Assembly: GCA_965261545.1 (NCBI GenBank)
Contig: CBDHDF010000002.1
Span: 800,001 to 864,000, forward strand
Direction: 5' to 3'
DNA length: 64,000 bases
Source: Bdellovibrionales bacterium
Lineage (GTDB): Bacteria > Bdellovibrionota > Bdellovibrionia > Bdellovibrionales > UBA1609
Shown here piece after piece: positions 28,877 to 39,314 of this stretch (position 1 is the first letter of the stretch; each line of letters begins with the position of its first letter). Both the position numbers and the translations under genes were made by a program. The notes beneath the pieces were generated by a model. That model did no database searches, was not told the DNA's origin, and was given only the letters and a program-made list of their open reading frames with translations.

Positions 28877-30340
28877 ATGCAAGAACAAAGTTCCACTCCA
28901 TTGCAACTCAAAAAATTGCAAGAAGGAGGTTTTAAGGAGGAGCCTCTTGAGGTTGATTCCTTCTGGAATCGCAGCCTTTGGGTTCAAATGGGAGTTTTTT
29001 TGGGAGTGGCAGGGGCTTTGACACTCCCTTGGGGAGGGGGGACCAGCGGGGTGCTTCTCACTCTTTGCTGCCTTGCCTATTTGGCCCACCACTTGGTGAG
29101 CAAGTTTAGCAAGTGTCTGTCAAAGGTGCGTGATCCGTGTCATATTCCTCAGGATTTAGCTAGACGGCCTATGTCTAGAGTGACCTTGAGTTCACTTGAG
29201 TGGTGGTTTCTTGGTGTTATGGTTTTATATCCCATTCTTGTCACTCTCAATATTTTATTTCTCGTCAACCCCATTTTACCCCGTTATTTTGATCGACCCA
29301 GTCACTTTCTTTTGATACCTCCTCTTTATTTTGCCATCCGCCACTCTGGCATCACATCCAAACCGCTGGTTCAAGGAGCCATTGTGGGAAGTCTTGGAGC
29401 GGGACTTATCGCCATTTATCAGTGGGCTGCATTGGGCGTAGTTCGCCCTGGAGGCTGGTCAAACCCTGTGAGTTTTTCAGCTGTGGCCCTCATTCTTGTT
29501 TGTATTTCTTTGGTACCCCTTTCTCTGCCAAGATTTTGGAACAGTATACGCTGGTTAAGTGCCTTACTGGGAATCACAGCTGTTTTTCTAGCGAACACCC
29601 GGGGAACATTTATAGCTATTCCCTTTCTCGCTTGGATGCTAATAAGATGGTCTTTGAAAGAACACCCTCATAGATTAAAGTGGTCCTTTCTCGCCCCTGT
29701 CGTGACTGTGATCGTTTTAATCCTTGCACCCTATTCTCAACAACGCCTTGTACGCTCAACAGCTTCGGAGGTCGCCTCTTTATTTTCTGGATCTAATTCC
29801 AATCTGATGTCGCAGTTCATTTCTAAAGAACTTTTTTCTAAATGGTACTTTTTTGAAGGATATCCTAAAGGGCATTCTAAAGAATATTCTGAAGATTTTG
29901 TTCCAGAGCAATCTATTTCTGAACGATGGGAAAGACTTCGAGTGGCTTGGGTTCTTTTTGCAAAGAGCCCTTGGTGGGGCGTTGGCTATGGTCAATATTT
30001 ATCTCAGGCCAATGAATTGAGAAGCCAAGGGTTTATTAAAAGTCCTTGGGTTTCCAATCATCACGCCCACAACAATTACCTCCATCTGGCTGCTGAAATG
30101 GGTATGATGGGTATTTTTGTTTACCTATTGCAGTTATTTTTTATTTATATGATGGGCCATTACAGCCAGAGGCATTTTTCACGTGGCCTTGGACCTATGC
30201 TTAAAGTATTTGTTGTGGGCCAGGGAATTTATAGTCTTTCAGATGCTCAATTTTCAAATACTCTTACCTCTTCTTTTTTTATTGTGATGACTTCGACTCT
30301 GGTTGCTGTGACCTTCAATGAGATACCTAATGAGATTTAA
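28877..30340 (+). CDS. O-antigen ligase (WaaL/Wzy_C) family protein
   Basis: Multi-pass membrane protein; TRG, SI.ER, PWWGVGYG, HAHNNYL..AE.G..G. Confidence 0.88.
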   Translation: MQEQSSTPLQLKKLQEGGFKEEPLEVDSFWNRSLWVQMGVFLGVAGALTLPWGGGTSGVLLTLCCLAYLAHHLVSKFSKCLSKVRDPCHIPQDLARRPMSRVTLSSLEWWFLGVMVLYPILVTLNILFLVNPILPRYFDRPSHFLLIPPLYFAIRHSGITSKPLVQGAIVGSLGAGLIAIYQWAALGVVRPGGWSNPVSFSAVALILVCISLVPLSLPRFWNSIRWLSALLGITAVFLANTRGTFIAIPFLAWMLIRWSLKEHPHRLKWSFLAPVVTVIVLILAPYSQQRLVRSTASEVASLFSGSNSNLMSQFISKELFSKWYFFEGYPKGHSKEYSEDFVPEQSISERWERLRVAWVLFAKSPWWGVGYGQYLSQANELRSQGFIKSPWVSNHHAHNNYLHLAAEMGMMGIFVYLLQLFFIYMMGHYSQRHFSRGLGPMLKVFVVGQGIYSLSDAQFSNTLTSSFFIVMTSTLVAVTFNEIPNEI

Positions 30341-31899
30341 ATCTCTAAATTTCCTACAGCTTCATTTAAGACCTTCTGAATCTCTTCGCTGTCTATAAGT
30401 TTTCGAACTCTTTTGATGTCCTCAGAAAACACGCGGTCTTCTTGAGCAAAGGGAACCTCTTCGCTCACCAAGTTATAAACAGCTTTGACTCCCCCACTGG
30501 ACTCAAGGGGTTTATGAAAACCTAGGGCCTGTGAGGCACAAAGAATTTCCATGGCCACAATATTCTCAGCATTTTCAATGATTTGTTGGAGTTTTCTTGC
30601 CGCAATGGTTCCCATACTCACATGATCTTCTTTGTCTGCGGAGGTGGGAATGCTGTCCACAGAGGCTGGATGGGATAATATCTTATTCTCACTCACGAGA
30701 GAGGCCGCTGCCACTTGAACCATCATCATTCCACTATGTAACCCCCCATGGGGAGTGAGAAAAGCAGGAAGGCCACTCATGGCGGGATTTATAAGCTTAG
30801 AAATACGACATTCCGACATGCTTGCCATGGCACTGGTGGCAATGGCCATAAAGTCTAAAACAAAGGCCACGGGTTCCCCATGAAAATTGCCACAGGATAA
30901 AACTTTACCCTCTTTTGAAAAAACCAAGGGGTTGTCCGTGCTGGAATTGGCTTCGATTTCTAAAGTTTCAAGGGTACGAAAAAGGGTGTCCTTAAAGGCT
31001 CCATGGACAGCGGGAATGCAACGAAGGGAGTAAACATCTTGAACCCGGTGGCAATGAATGTGACTTTCGGCAATGGGAGAGGTTTTTCCTAATATTTTCA
31101 GTAAGTTTCTCGCAGTTTTGGCCTCTCCGGGGTGGGGGCGAGTGGCTGCAATGAGAGGGTCAAAGGCTTTGCGTGTTCCTTTGAGAGCCTCCAAGGAGAG
31201 AGCACCGGCAAGATCTGCCATCCAGGCCAAGCGTCGAGCTTTATAGCAATTTAAAAGACCCACAGCTGTCATCACTTGGCAACCATTAATAAGAGACAAT
31301 CCGTCTTTGGCATAAAGTTTTAAAGGCTCCACGCCAACATCTTGAAGAACTTTGGGGGTGGATTTTTGTTCTCCCCTCCACCACACAAATCCCTCTCCCA
31401 TAAGGGCGAGAGCCAAGTGAGCCAAGGGAGCAAGGTCTCCACTGGCCCCCACACTTCCTTGCTGAGGAACAACGGGGATCATATTTTTATTTAAGAACTC
31501 AAGAATTTTATGGACCACACCTATGTGACAACCACTGTGTCCCCGGGAGAGAGAGTTGGCGCGTAAATACATCATGGCTCGGGTTTGTTCGGGGGTAAAG
31601 GGCTCCCCCACCCCCACGGAGTGGGAACGAATAATATTTTGTTGAAGCTTTTCAATATCTGGAGAAGAAATAATGACTTCACTAAAATGACCAAAACCCG
31701 TGTTGATGCCATACATGATTTCCTTGGATTGAATCCTGCTCTCGATGTACTCCCTGGCTTTCTGAATCTTTTTTTGAGAACTTTCTGAGAGTTCTACTTC
31801 CACCTCCACTTCTTTGTGGGCCACACACCATGTGGAGTCCACGGTGATATCTTGACCTGTCAGTGGGATTACTTTTTTATGAACTTCTTTTTTCTTCAC
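30337..31899 (-). CDS. hutH: Histidine ammonia-lyase
   Basis: YGINTGFG, SHSVGVG, GSVGASGDLAPLAH (MIO), QDVYSLRC, GNFHG, EDHVSMG. Confidence 0.96.
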   Translation of the reverse strand: MKKKEVHKKVIPLTGQDITVDSTWCVAHKEVEVEVELSESSQKKIQKAREYIESRIQSKEIMYGINTGFGHFSEVIISSPDIEKLQQNIIRSHSVGVGEPFTPEQTRAMMYLRANSLSRGHSGCHIGVVHKILEFLNKNMIPVVPQQGSVGASGDLAPLAHLALALMGEGFVWWRGEQKSTPKVLQDVGVEPLKLYAKDGLSLINGCQVMTAVGLLNCYKARRLAWMADLAGALSLEALKGTRKAFDPLIAATRPHPGEAKTARNLLKILGKTSPIAESHIHCHRVQDVYSLRCIPAVHGAFKDTLFRTLETLEIEANSSTDNPLVFSKEGKVLSCGNFHGEPVAFVLDFMAIATSAMASMSECRISKLINPAMSGLPAFLTPHGGLHSGMMMVQVAAASLVSENKILSHPASVDSIPTSADKEDHVSMGTIAARKLQQIIENAENIVAMEILCASQALGFHKPLESSGGVKAVYNLVSEEVPFAQEDRVFSEDIKRVRKLIDSEEIQKVLNEAVGNLEI

Positions 31900-33580
31900 C
31901 AACTCCCTCGCTTCATATCATCATCGTGAATGGCTTTATGGAACTTCAGATTGTGAATGGCTTTATGATAGTCGTTTTGAAAAATATAGTTTCCTGCGAC
32001 CAAGACATCAAACTCCCCACAGTGGTTCACAGTTTCTTCGTTGACCCCCCCATCCACAGAGAGCAAGACTTTGTGGTTGATATGTTCTAACTCCTGTCGA
32101 ATTCTTTGAGCCTTAGAAATTTGGTCCGTCATAAAAGCCTGACCACCAAAACCTGGTTCCACGGTCATGATGAGAACAAGGTCCACTTCGTTGAGAAGGG
32201 GGAGAACTTTATCCACAGGAGTTTTGGGTCTTAACGTCACTCCTGGCTTCATTTTATGCCGCCGAATGGATTGAAGCACGGTCCGAGGGGAGTCCGTGGA
32301 TTCCACATGGATGGTTAAGTAATTAGAGCCTGCCTTGGCAAAGGCTTCAATGTAGTTCTCAGGCTTTTCCACCATGAGGTGCACGTCAAGGGGAAGGGGT
32401 GTGATCTTTCGTAGAGAGGCCACCACGGGGGCTCCAAGAGTGAGGTTGGGCACAAAGTGTCCATCCATCACATCAATATGAATCCAATTGGCACCTGCCT
32501 GTTCAATGGCTTTTATCTCATGGGATAGGTTGGCAAAGTCGGCGGACAAGATACTGGGTGCGATGAGAAATGGTTTTTTATTCCAACAACCTAATAAATC
32601 TCCCTTTTTAAGACTCATCCCTTTTAAGAACTCCTCCACAGACATCCTCTGTCGGGATTCCATTTGAACTTCAAAGATCTTTAAATCTTGTTCTCCACAA
32701 GCAACAATCAGTGACTTTTTATCGCCATCTATATCAATAATTTCGCCATTTTTAGAGGTTTCAGATATTTCAGATTTTTCAACAGCCTCAATCACTTGAG
32801 TGCCATATATTTTCAGTTTTTTGCCACGAAAAGAAGTGTAAGTTCCCGGGCCAAGAGCGAGACCTCTTTGGAGGTTGTGAATTTCTTGGGCGGTTTGACT
32901 CCAATCAATATGAGACTCACTTTTTTGAATTTTGGGGGCATAGCTCACTTGTTGGGGATCTTGGGCTTTGGGTGTCACTCGACCCATGAGGTATTCCACC
33001 CACTCTCTTCTGAGTAAATCGGCTCCAAGAACTTTTAAGTGATCGTGGAGTTTTAAGGAGTTCATTTGAGGTTCCAAGGTGATTTCTCGACTTCCAATAA
33101 TATCTCCTGCATCAAGTTTTTTCACCATGACTTGAAGGGTGACACCTGAAATTTTATCTCCTGCCATAAGGGCTCTTTGAATGGGAGCGGCTCCTCGCCA
33201 GCGAGGCAATAGGCTTGCATGGACGTTGACCACTTTTTGAGGAAACAAGTTCAAAAATCCTGAGAGAGAATTTGCCCATAGGCCACCACAACAGCTGCTT
33301 GAGCCCCCCAAGATTTAATTTCTTCCAAAGATGCTGGAGTGTTGATACTTCTAGGAGAGATCACCCGAAGACCATTTTCTATGGCGATTTTTTTGACGGC
33401 CGAGGGCTGTGTTTTCATTTTGCGCCCTGATTTTTTGTCGGGTTGAGACACCACTCCCACCACATGAATGTCTAAATGAGCTTCTGAATGAACTCCTGAT
33501 TGTTGCAAAAGAGACTGAAGGTGGAAACTGGCAAACTCAGGAGTTCCCAAAAAAATAACAGGGATGGAGATTTTATTCAC
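31896..33580 (-). CDS. fmt-rpe: Methionyl-tRNA formyltransferase, split by a 1-nt frameshift near 33255 and fused in frame to ribulose-phosphate 3-epimerase
   Basis: ORF1 (GTG 33580 to 33251): FLGTPEFA, VVSQPD, VVAYGQIL. ORF2 (-1 frame): NVHASLLPRWRGAAPIQ, LDAG, YAPKI, then IAPSILSADF, HIDVMDGHFVPN, DVHLM, MTVEPGFGGQ, VDGG with no stop between domains. Confidence 0.9.
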
Positions 33581-34208
33581 TTGTGGTGCTATCTTCACTT
33601 TTCGTATCATCTTTACTGTTGGTGCTATCTTCTTTGGGTTTGGGAACAGGATAACCCCATTTTTTAATTTTAGATTTAATGCGATTGGATTTAATCAAGC
33701 TAAGACGATCTATAAAAAGTTTGCCATCCAAGTGGTCAATTTCGTGCTGTATACAAATGGAAAGAAGACCATCTGTTTGAATTGTTATTTTCTGCCCCCT
33801 TGCATTCAGACCTTCAACTTCCACATAGTTGTATCTTTCCACCATCTCAAAGTAACCGGGCACACTGAGACAACCCTCTTCATAAGTGGTTTTCACTCTT
33901 TTTTCTCTGATGACAGGGTTGATGATCACAAGAGGTTGCTCTATTTTTGCTTCAAGTTCCGTCATGGGTGGGATTTCATAGCGCTTGCCATCTTCTTTCT
34001 GTGAATCCTCCTGAGAACGAGTGTCTGCCACGAGCAATCTGGTGAGGCTCCCCACTTGAGGGGCGGACAAACCAATGCCATGGAAGTTGTACATGGTCTC
34101 TATGAGATCGTGTGCCAAGCTGACAACCTCAGGGGTCACAGATTTAATTTCAGTTGAAACGTTCCTCAAACGAGGATCTGGAAACTTTAAGATATCTAAT
34201 ACGGCCAT
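33573..34208 (-). CDS. def: Peptide deformylase
   Basis: GIGLSAPQVG, EGCLS, QHEIDHL. Confidence 0.97.
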   Translation of the reverse strand: MAVLDILKFPDPRLRNVSTEIKSVTPEVVSLAHDLIETMYNFHGIGLSAPQVGSLTRLLVADTRSQEDSQKEDGKRYEIPPMTELEAKIEQPLVIINPVIREKRVKTTYEEGCLSVPGYFEMVERYNYVEVEGLNARGQKITIQTDGLLSICIQHEIDHLDGKLFIDRLSLIKSNRIKSKIKKWGYPVPKPKEDSTNSKDDTKSEDSTTSE

Positions 34209-34250
34209 AAACTTCTCTTTCTAAAAAATTCTATTCCTAAGAACTTCGAT

Positions 34251-35276
34251 TTAAAATTTCATGAGAATACTTCCATGGGTGATGCCCGCTCCAAAAGCTG
34301 TGAGTATGATGTTTTGCCCTCTTTGAATGCGTCCGTCTCGAATGGCTCGGTCCATGGCTGTAGGAATGGTGGCACCACCCACATTACCCACATCTTCAAT
34401 TTCCACAACAACTTTTTCCATGGGCAGGTCAAGGTTGTCGGCAACAGCTTGGATGACACGGAGGTTTGCTTGATGGGGCACAACCCAATGGACATCGGAA
34501 ATACCCATCTTATTGGCTTTGAGAACGTCACGGCACCCCTCACTCATGATGCGAACAGCACTTCTAAACATTTCACGGCCATTGTGCATTTTCATATAGT
34601 GGTGCCCTTTGTTAAGTTCTTCTTGATTGAAGGGTTTCAAAGAGCCCCCAGCGGGAATATTCAAGAGATGGCTAAGAGAGCCATCAGCATAACAGTGATG
34701 ACTACTTATAATATAAGAATTACTGCCCATGGAGGCTTGGGAGACAATGGCTGCCCCCGCTCCATCACCAAAAAGGATGGCTGTGCTGGAGTCCTTATAA
34801 TTGACAATGGGGTGAAGCACTTCAGCTCCCACCACGAGAATATGTTTGTGGTGGCCACCCTTGATAAATTGATCGGCCACAGAGAGGGCATAGACAAAGC
34901 CTGCACAAGAGGCTGCAAGATCAAAGGCCATAATCGACTTGGCGCCCAGTTTTTTTTGAAGTTCGCAGGCCGCAGATGGGAGGTGATGGTCGGGAGTGAA
35001 GGTGGCAAAGATAATCATATCTAGACTTTGAGCCTCTAGTTGAGCCATTTCCATGGCTCTTTGGGAGGCCAAAAGAGCGAGATCCGAGGTGCACTGACCC
35101 TGGGAAGCAATGCATCTTGTACCAATGCCTGTGCGTTGACGGATCCATTGGTCAGTGGCACCTATCATGGGTTCAAGGTCTTTGTTGGTGAGTTTCTTTT
35201 CGGGAAAGTAGGAACCTGTTCCACTGATTTTCGTACGGTATGTTTGGTATGTCCGCCTAACGGCTTTCTGTTGCAT
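34251..35276 (-). CDS. fabH: Beta-ketoacyl-ACP synthase III
   Basis: GTGSY.P, WI.QRTGI, SCAGF, LFGDGAGA, PHQAN, GN, AFGAG. Start at 35276 or 35288, overlapping the rpmF end. Confidence 0.93.
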   Translation of the reverse strand: MQQKAVRRTYQTYRTKISGTGSYFPEKKLTNKDLEPMIGATDQWIRQRTGIGTRCIASQGQCTSDLALLASQRAMEMAQLEAQSLDMIIFATFTPDHHLPSAACELQKKLGAKSIMAFDLAASCAGFVYALSVADQFIKGGHHKHILVVGAEVLHPIVNYKDSSTAILFGDGAGAAIVSQASMGSNSYIISSHHCYADGSLSHLLNIPAGGSLKPFNQEELNKGHHYMKMHNGREMFRSAVRIMSEGCRDVLKANKMGISDVHWVVPHQANLRVIQAVADNLDLPMEKVVVEIEDVGNVGGATIPTAMDRAIRDGRIQRGQNIILTAFGAGITHGSILMKF

Positions 35277-35442
35277 GGGTGATTTCATGATCTTTATAGT
35301 ATCCACAGGAAGGGCACACATGATGGGTCTTGCAAATAGCAAAGCAGTTGGGGCACTGCGCTGTTGAAATGGGCTTGAGTGCATTGTGCGCCCGCCGGGA
35401 CCCTCGGCGAGAGCGTGAGGTCTTACTTTTAGGACTGGCCAT
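35257..35442 (-). CDS. rpmF: 50S ribosomal protein L32 (Zn-ribbon type)
   Basis: MASPKSKTSRSRRGSRRAH..CPNC..HHVCPSCGYY. Confidence 0.96.
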   Translation of the reverse strand: MASPKSKTSRSRRGSRRAHNALKPISTAQCPNCFAICKTHHVCPSCGYYKDHEITHATESR

Positions 35443-35701
35443 GGTAAATATCCTTTCCTGTTTTTCATGTAAGGTGGTCGTCGATTCTAGCCCACATCTC
35501 TCACAAACTTTTCGATTGCGACGGATGAAACTCTGAGCTAGTGGTGATCGTGTCTATATTCTATGCAATTCTAGCAATGATTGTGTCAATTTAAACAATG
35601 ATTTCGCAAAATCAACTCTTTTTAGTGAGTTTTAATTGATGGAATGCATTATTTAGTCAAGATTTATTCATGATTTCAACTCATATTGGTTACAATGGGG
35701 T

Positions 35702-36688
35702 ATGAACTTAAACCCAAACCTGAATTCAAATCTGAACTCAAACCTTTGTGACACGGCTTGCAATATGGTTTACCTTGGTTATCTGATGATCCCTGTGACT
35801 CTGCTGTTACTGCTATTTACCTGGCCCATGGGGCTTCAGGCCGAAGGGGTTTTGGAACTTCATGTTCAAGAATCCATTGATGTCTACAAAAAGCCCAATG
35901 GCCGCAAAAGAATCTCACAGTTGGGCCGGGGGGATCGTGTTGTGATTTCTCCCAAAATCTATGGGCGCTTTCGAAAGGTGTTGATTACATACAAGGGCAA
36001 AAAACGCAGTGCTTATATTGCCACGGATGATATTGTCAGATCCACTATTCTCGCCAAAAGTGAAAGATTTATGGATCGAAATCTCTACAAGAATAGAAAG
36101 TCCCTTGGAATAAGCCCCCTTATTTCTTACTCACGGGTGGGGAGACATCAAGTGGAGTCAGACACTAGCAGTATATATAAGGTCGGTGAATTGCAGGGGT
36201 GGAGTTTTCACTTTCTTCGCATTTTTGGCCAGTACCCTTTAAATTCCAATCTTGTTCTTCGTGCCTCTTTGCTTTTAGACTCTTTCAAATCCAGTGGAAA
36301 AGCCACTCTTAAAGCCGATAGCACCCGTGGGACACCACCAATCTCAGGTGACCTTGATCGTTCAGGTGACCTTGATCGTGTCGATAGCCTCATTGTTCTT
36401 AGTGGCACCTTGAAACTTTATGGTCCCCATCGAAAGACTTTCTGGTATGGCCCTAGCCTTGATATTGCACTCAAAAAATCCACGGACTTTGAAGTCCTAG
36501 GTTTGAACCTCATGGCCAAAGATGGAGGTTCAAGTCTCCTCGTTTTCATAGGGGGAGCCCTAGGCTGGGATCTTCATGTAATGGACTCTATCTACATAAT
36601 TCCCGAGTGGAGAATCGGAGCCAGTGTTTTGGGCAAGCCCTTCGTCTTGAAAAATGAATGGGGTCTGAGACTCGCTTGGGCATTTTAG
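35702..36688 (+). CDS. Hypothetical exported protein (SH3-like N-region, beta-barrel-like C-region)
   Basis: Signal-like segment, C-terminal Phe; true start is probably downstream of 35702. Confidence 0.65.
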   Translation: MNLNPNLNSNLNSNLCDTACNMVYLGYLMIPVTLLLLLFTWPMGLQAEGVLELHVQESIDVYKKPNGRKRISQLGRGDRVVISPKIYGRFRKVLITYKGKKRSAYIATDDIVRSTILAKSERFMDRNLYKNRKSLGISPLISYSRVGRHQVESDTSSIYKVGELQGWSFHFLRIFGQYPLNSNLVLRASLLLDSFKSSGKATLKADSTRGTPPISGDLDRSGDLDRVDSLIVLSGTLKLYGPHRKTFWYGPSLDIALKKSTDFEVLGLNLMAKDGGSSLLVFIGGALGWDLHVMDSIYIIPEWRIGASVLGKPFVLKNEWGLRLAWAF

Positions 36689-36692
36689 ATCC

Positions 36693-39302
36693 TTAAAAAT
36701 TGTGGCTATAACTTACGAAATACCGTCTCCCAAATGGGGAGAAAACACTCATGTGGCGACTAAGGCTTCCGTAGGCCACAAGACTTCTCGTTTTATCAGT
36801 GGGGGGGAGCTTGTCCAAAATATTTTTCACGCCGATATTGAATTTCCCATCCCAAGAAGCTGTATAGGCATAGGTTATATCAAAAACAGTATGCCTTGGA
36901 AGTGTCATAGCTCCCTTGATTTTGCTCACTGGATAAGAGGAAGTGGTTCTTGCGGCCAAGCGACCATAGTGTTTTTTCCAACCCAAACTGGCACTGGTGG
37001 TGTTTTTCCATGAGTGGGGAGATGATTTTATGCTTTCAAATACAAAGGTTTGTGTTTTTCTTTGAAAAATATGGGAGTGGGAACTTCCAAGCTTCAAGTG
37101 AGCCGTCTTCCATAGAGAGTGCTTCAGGGAGTGTTTCCAGTGGATTTCTAAGTCAACACCACGAAGAGTTCTCCGCCCCATGTTGATGATATAGGGAGTG
37201 GTGATACTTCTTAGCTCTCCTGTACTTTCATCCCGATCTATGACAACACCTAGATCCGCAAGTTCCGAGGTGCGACCATCGCTTTCAAGTTCGGTGTATC
37301 TGTCGGGATAAATTCTTGCAATGGTGTCTTTGCCCTCAAAGTTCCATTGATCTATGGTGAAGCTGAGGTCTTTTATGGGCTCAAAAACACTACCTATATT
37401 GTAGTGAATACTGGATTCAGGTTTAAGGTTGGGATGAACAAATGTATTGAGCTGGTAATACTGCCTGGCACAGCCTGAAGGGTCATAGTTACTGGCATGG
37501 CACTTGACTTGGTCTGTGAATGCATAGAGTTCTTCTGTATTCCCTCGGTAAAAGTCACTGACACCCGGGGCTCGAAAACCTGTGCCCATAGAGCTTCTAA
37601 GTAACCACTTGGCCTGGGGCCTATAAGAAAGGGCCAACTTGGGGTTCCAGGTGTTTCCCACATCGGAGTAGGCATCAAAGCGGCTAGCCAATTGGACTTC
37701 CATATTTTGAAGAGGCTGGGCCGAAAATTCGATGAAAGCTGAGTGAATATTGCGACTCCCACGGTAATTCTTTTGAGGTGGTGTTAGCAAATCCCCCGAT
37801 AGCAGAGAGGCATCATTGTGAATATTAAGGGAGGACCACACAGAATTGGCTCCTATGGCCATAGAGAGGGGGCCTTTGCCAAGTTCCATAAGTTCCCCCG
37901 TGGCCAAAAACTTTGTTGTGATGAGGTGGGTTGTGTTTTTATAGGTGGGAGTGACCATGGCCTCTGCGAGATCCGATTTATAACCTTGAGGTAAGTTGGG
38001 ATCAAAGCGCCCACTGTAGAGCATCTGCCGAAGGATTGTTTGGCTGGCATTGCCATGGGTCATATGGAACTGACTGTCTAAGAGATAAAAACCTGAGAGC
38101 ATTTGCCAAGACCAGGTTTGTGTTTGAGAAAAGTCACCATTGAGTTTGGCTTGCACACTGTAGTTTTGCTCTAAGTTCTCTCTTTCTTGAGGTCCTAGCT
38201 CTTCTACAGCTCTGTAATTCAGTTCGATGGGGGTGGAATCACCACCGTGGGGGGTATTCTTGAGAAAATCCTTCAAACCTCCCTTTTGGAGAAATTCAGG
38301 CAGAATAGACTGGTCACCTCGAACTGTTTTTTGAGTCCAATGGATGGAAAGAGGGCTTCGTAGAACTTGTTCCTTCTTGCGGTTGTAAAGTCCTAATACA
38401 GAAAGACTCATATTGTTTGCAAAGTTATAATTTCCCGTGATGAGGGAGCTGATATTGGTTTCGGGAATCTGCACTTGTCTAAATTGAAGGTTATCAGCAC
38501 CACAGGTGAACTCTCCACAGGGTTCCCCCAAAAAGGTCTTCTCTTTGGGGTCTCCCTGAAAGAGCCATCCACTGCTCACGGGTCGGGGAACCACCTTGGT
38601 GTTTTTGTTATAACTGCCGAGATCATACTCATTGACAGCCTCGGATTCTTCAAACTGTATCATTCCAAGAATATGGCCGCGAGAAAGAGGCTTGCCGTAG
38701 GTAGCCACATGGCGTTGTCTTGTACCCACACCCTCTTCAGGGATATTGAAAGTGGATGTGACACTGCCATGGTCGATATCTGAACGAGTGATAAAATTCA
38801 TGACTCCTGACATGGCATCTGAGCCGTAAAGGGCGGATCCCCCCTCTTTAAGGATTTCAACTTTCTCCACAATGGCGGCGGGTAAGGAGCGTGTGCTTAT
38901 GTAAAACCCACCATCCCGTTTGGGCAAATTGAGCCCGTTGAGGAGTACCAAGAGATTTCCTGCATGTTGCCCATGAAAGCGAACATAGCCTGCGTTTCCC
39001 ACAACTTGTTCAAAACCTGAATCCTCTTTGAGAACATCGGCAATAGTGGTGCTTCCGGTGACCTCAAACATTTCACGATCAATGACCTTAATAGGGGAAG
39101 GGCCTTCTATATCGATTCTTTTAATATAAGACCCTGTCACTTCAAGCTTCTCTATTGGCTCTCCTTGGAGGCTTAAGGGCAGGAAATTCAAAAGAAAAAG
39201 AAAAGGCGGCCACCATGATCTGATTGAAAAAAATGATTTTACTGAAATCAAAAATACTACTACTAATACTAATGATGGTAATGACCCTAAAGGCATAATC
39301 AT
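36693..39302 (-). CDS. TonB-dependent receptor
   Basis: EKLEVTGSYIKR, LVLLNG, VEILKEGGSALYGSDAMSGVMNFIT, GTGFRAP, LKPE.S, C-terminal Phe. Confidence 0.93.
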   Translation of the reverse strand: MIMPLGSLPSLVLVVVFLISVKSFFSIRSWWPPFLFLLNFLPLSLQGEPIEKLEVTGSYIKRIDIEGPSPIKVIDREMFEVTGSTTIADVLKEDSGFEQVVGNAGYVRFHGQHAGNLLVLLNGLNLPKRDGGFYISTRSLPAAIVEKVEILKEGGSALYGSDAMSGVMNFITRSDIDHGSVTSTFNIPEEGVGTRQRHVATYGKPLSRGHILGMIQFEESEAVNEYDLGSYNKNTKVVPRPVSSGWLFQGDPKEKTFLGEPCGEFTCGADNLQFRQVQIPETNISSLITGNYNFANNMSLSVLGLYNRKKEQVLRSPLSIHWTQKTVRGDQSILPEFLQKGGLKDFLKNTPHGGDSTPIELNYRAVEELGPQERENLEQNYSVQAKLNGDFSQTQTWSWQMLSGFYLLDSQFHMTHGNASQTILRQMLYSGRFDPNLPQGYKSDLAEAMVTPTYKNTTHLITTKFLATGELMELGKGPLSMAIGANSVWSSLNIHNDASLLSGDLLTPPQKNYRGSRNIHSAFIEFSAQPLQNMEVQLASRFDAYSDVGNTWNPKLALSYRPQAKWLLRSSMGTGFRAPGVSDFYRGNTEELYAFTDQVKCHASNYDPSGCARQYYQLNTFVHPNLKPESSIHYNIGSVFEPIKDLSFTIDQWNFEGKDTIARIYPDRYTELESDGRTSELADLGVVIDRDESTGELRSITTPYIINMGRRTLRGVDLEIHWKHSLKHSLWKTAHLKLGSSHSHIFQRKTQTFVFESIKSSPHSWKNTTSASLGWKKHYGRLAARTTSSYPVSKIKGAMTLPRHTVFDITYAYTASWDGKFNIGVKNILDKLPPTDKTRSLVAYGSLSRHMSVFSPFGRRYFVSYSHNF

Positions 39303-39314
39303 CCCTCTCCCTGC

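Noticed and set aside
34275..35024. 249-aa + strand ORF, and similar long antisense ORFs (7427-8065, 13296-13856, 54283-54723)
   Set aside because: Shadow frames opposite well-supported genes, with no recognisable motifs.
35289..35468. N-terminal extension of the 405-aa fabH ORF
   Set aside because: It overlaps rpmF in another frame; FabH similarity begins only near 35250.
35746..35762. sigma54-like TTTGTGACACGGCTTGCA
   Set aside because: Has GT rather than the invariant GG at -24.
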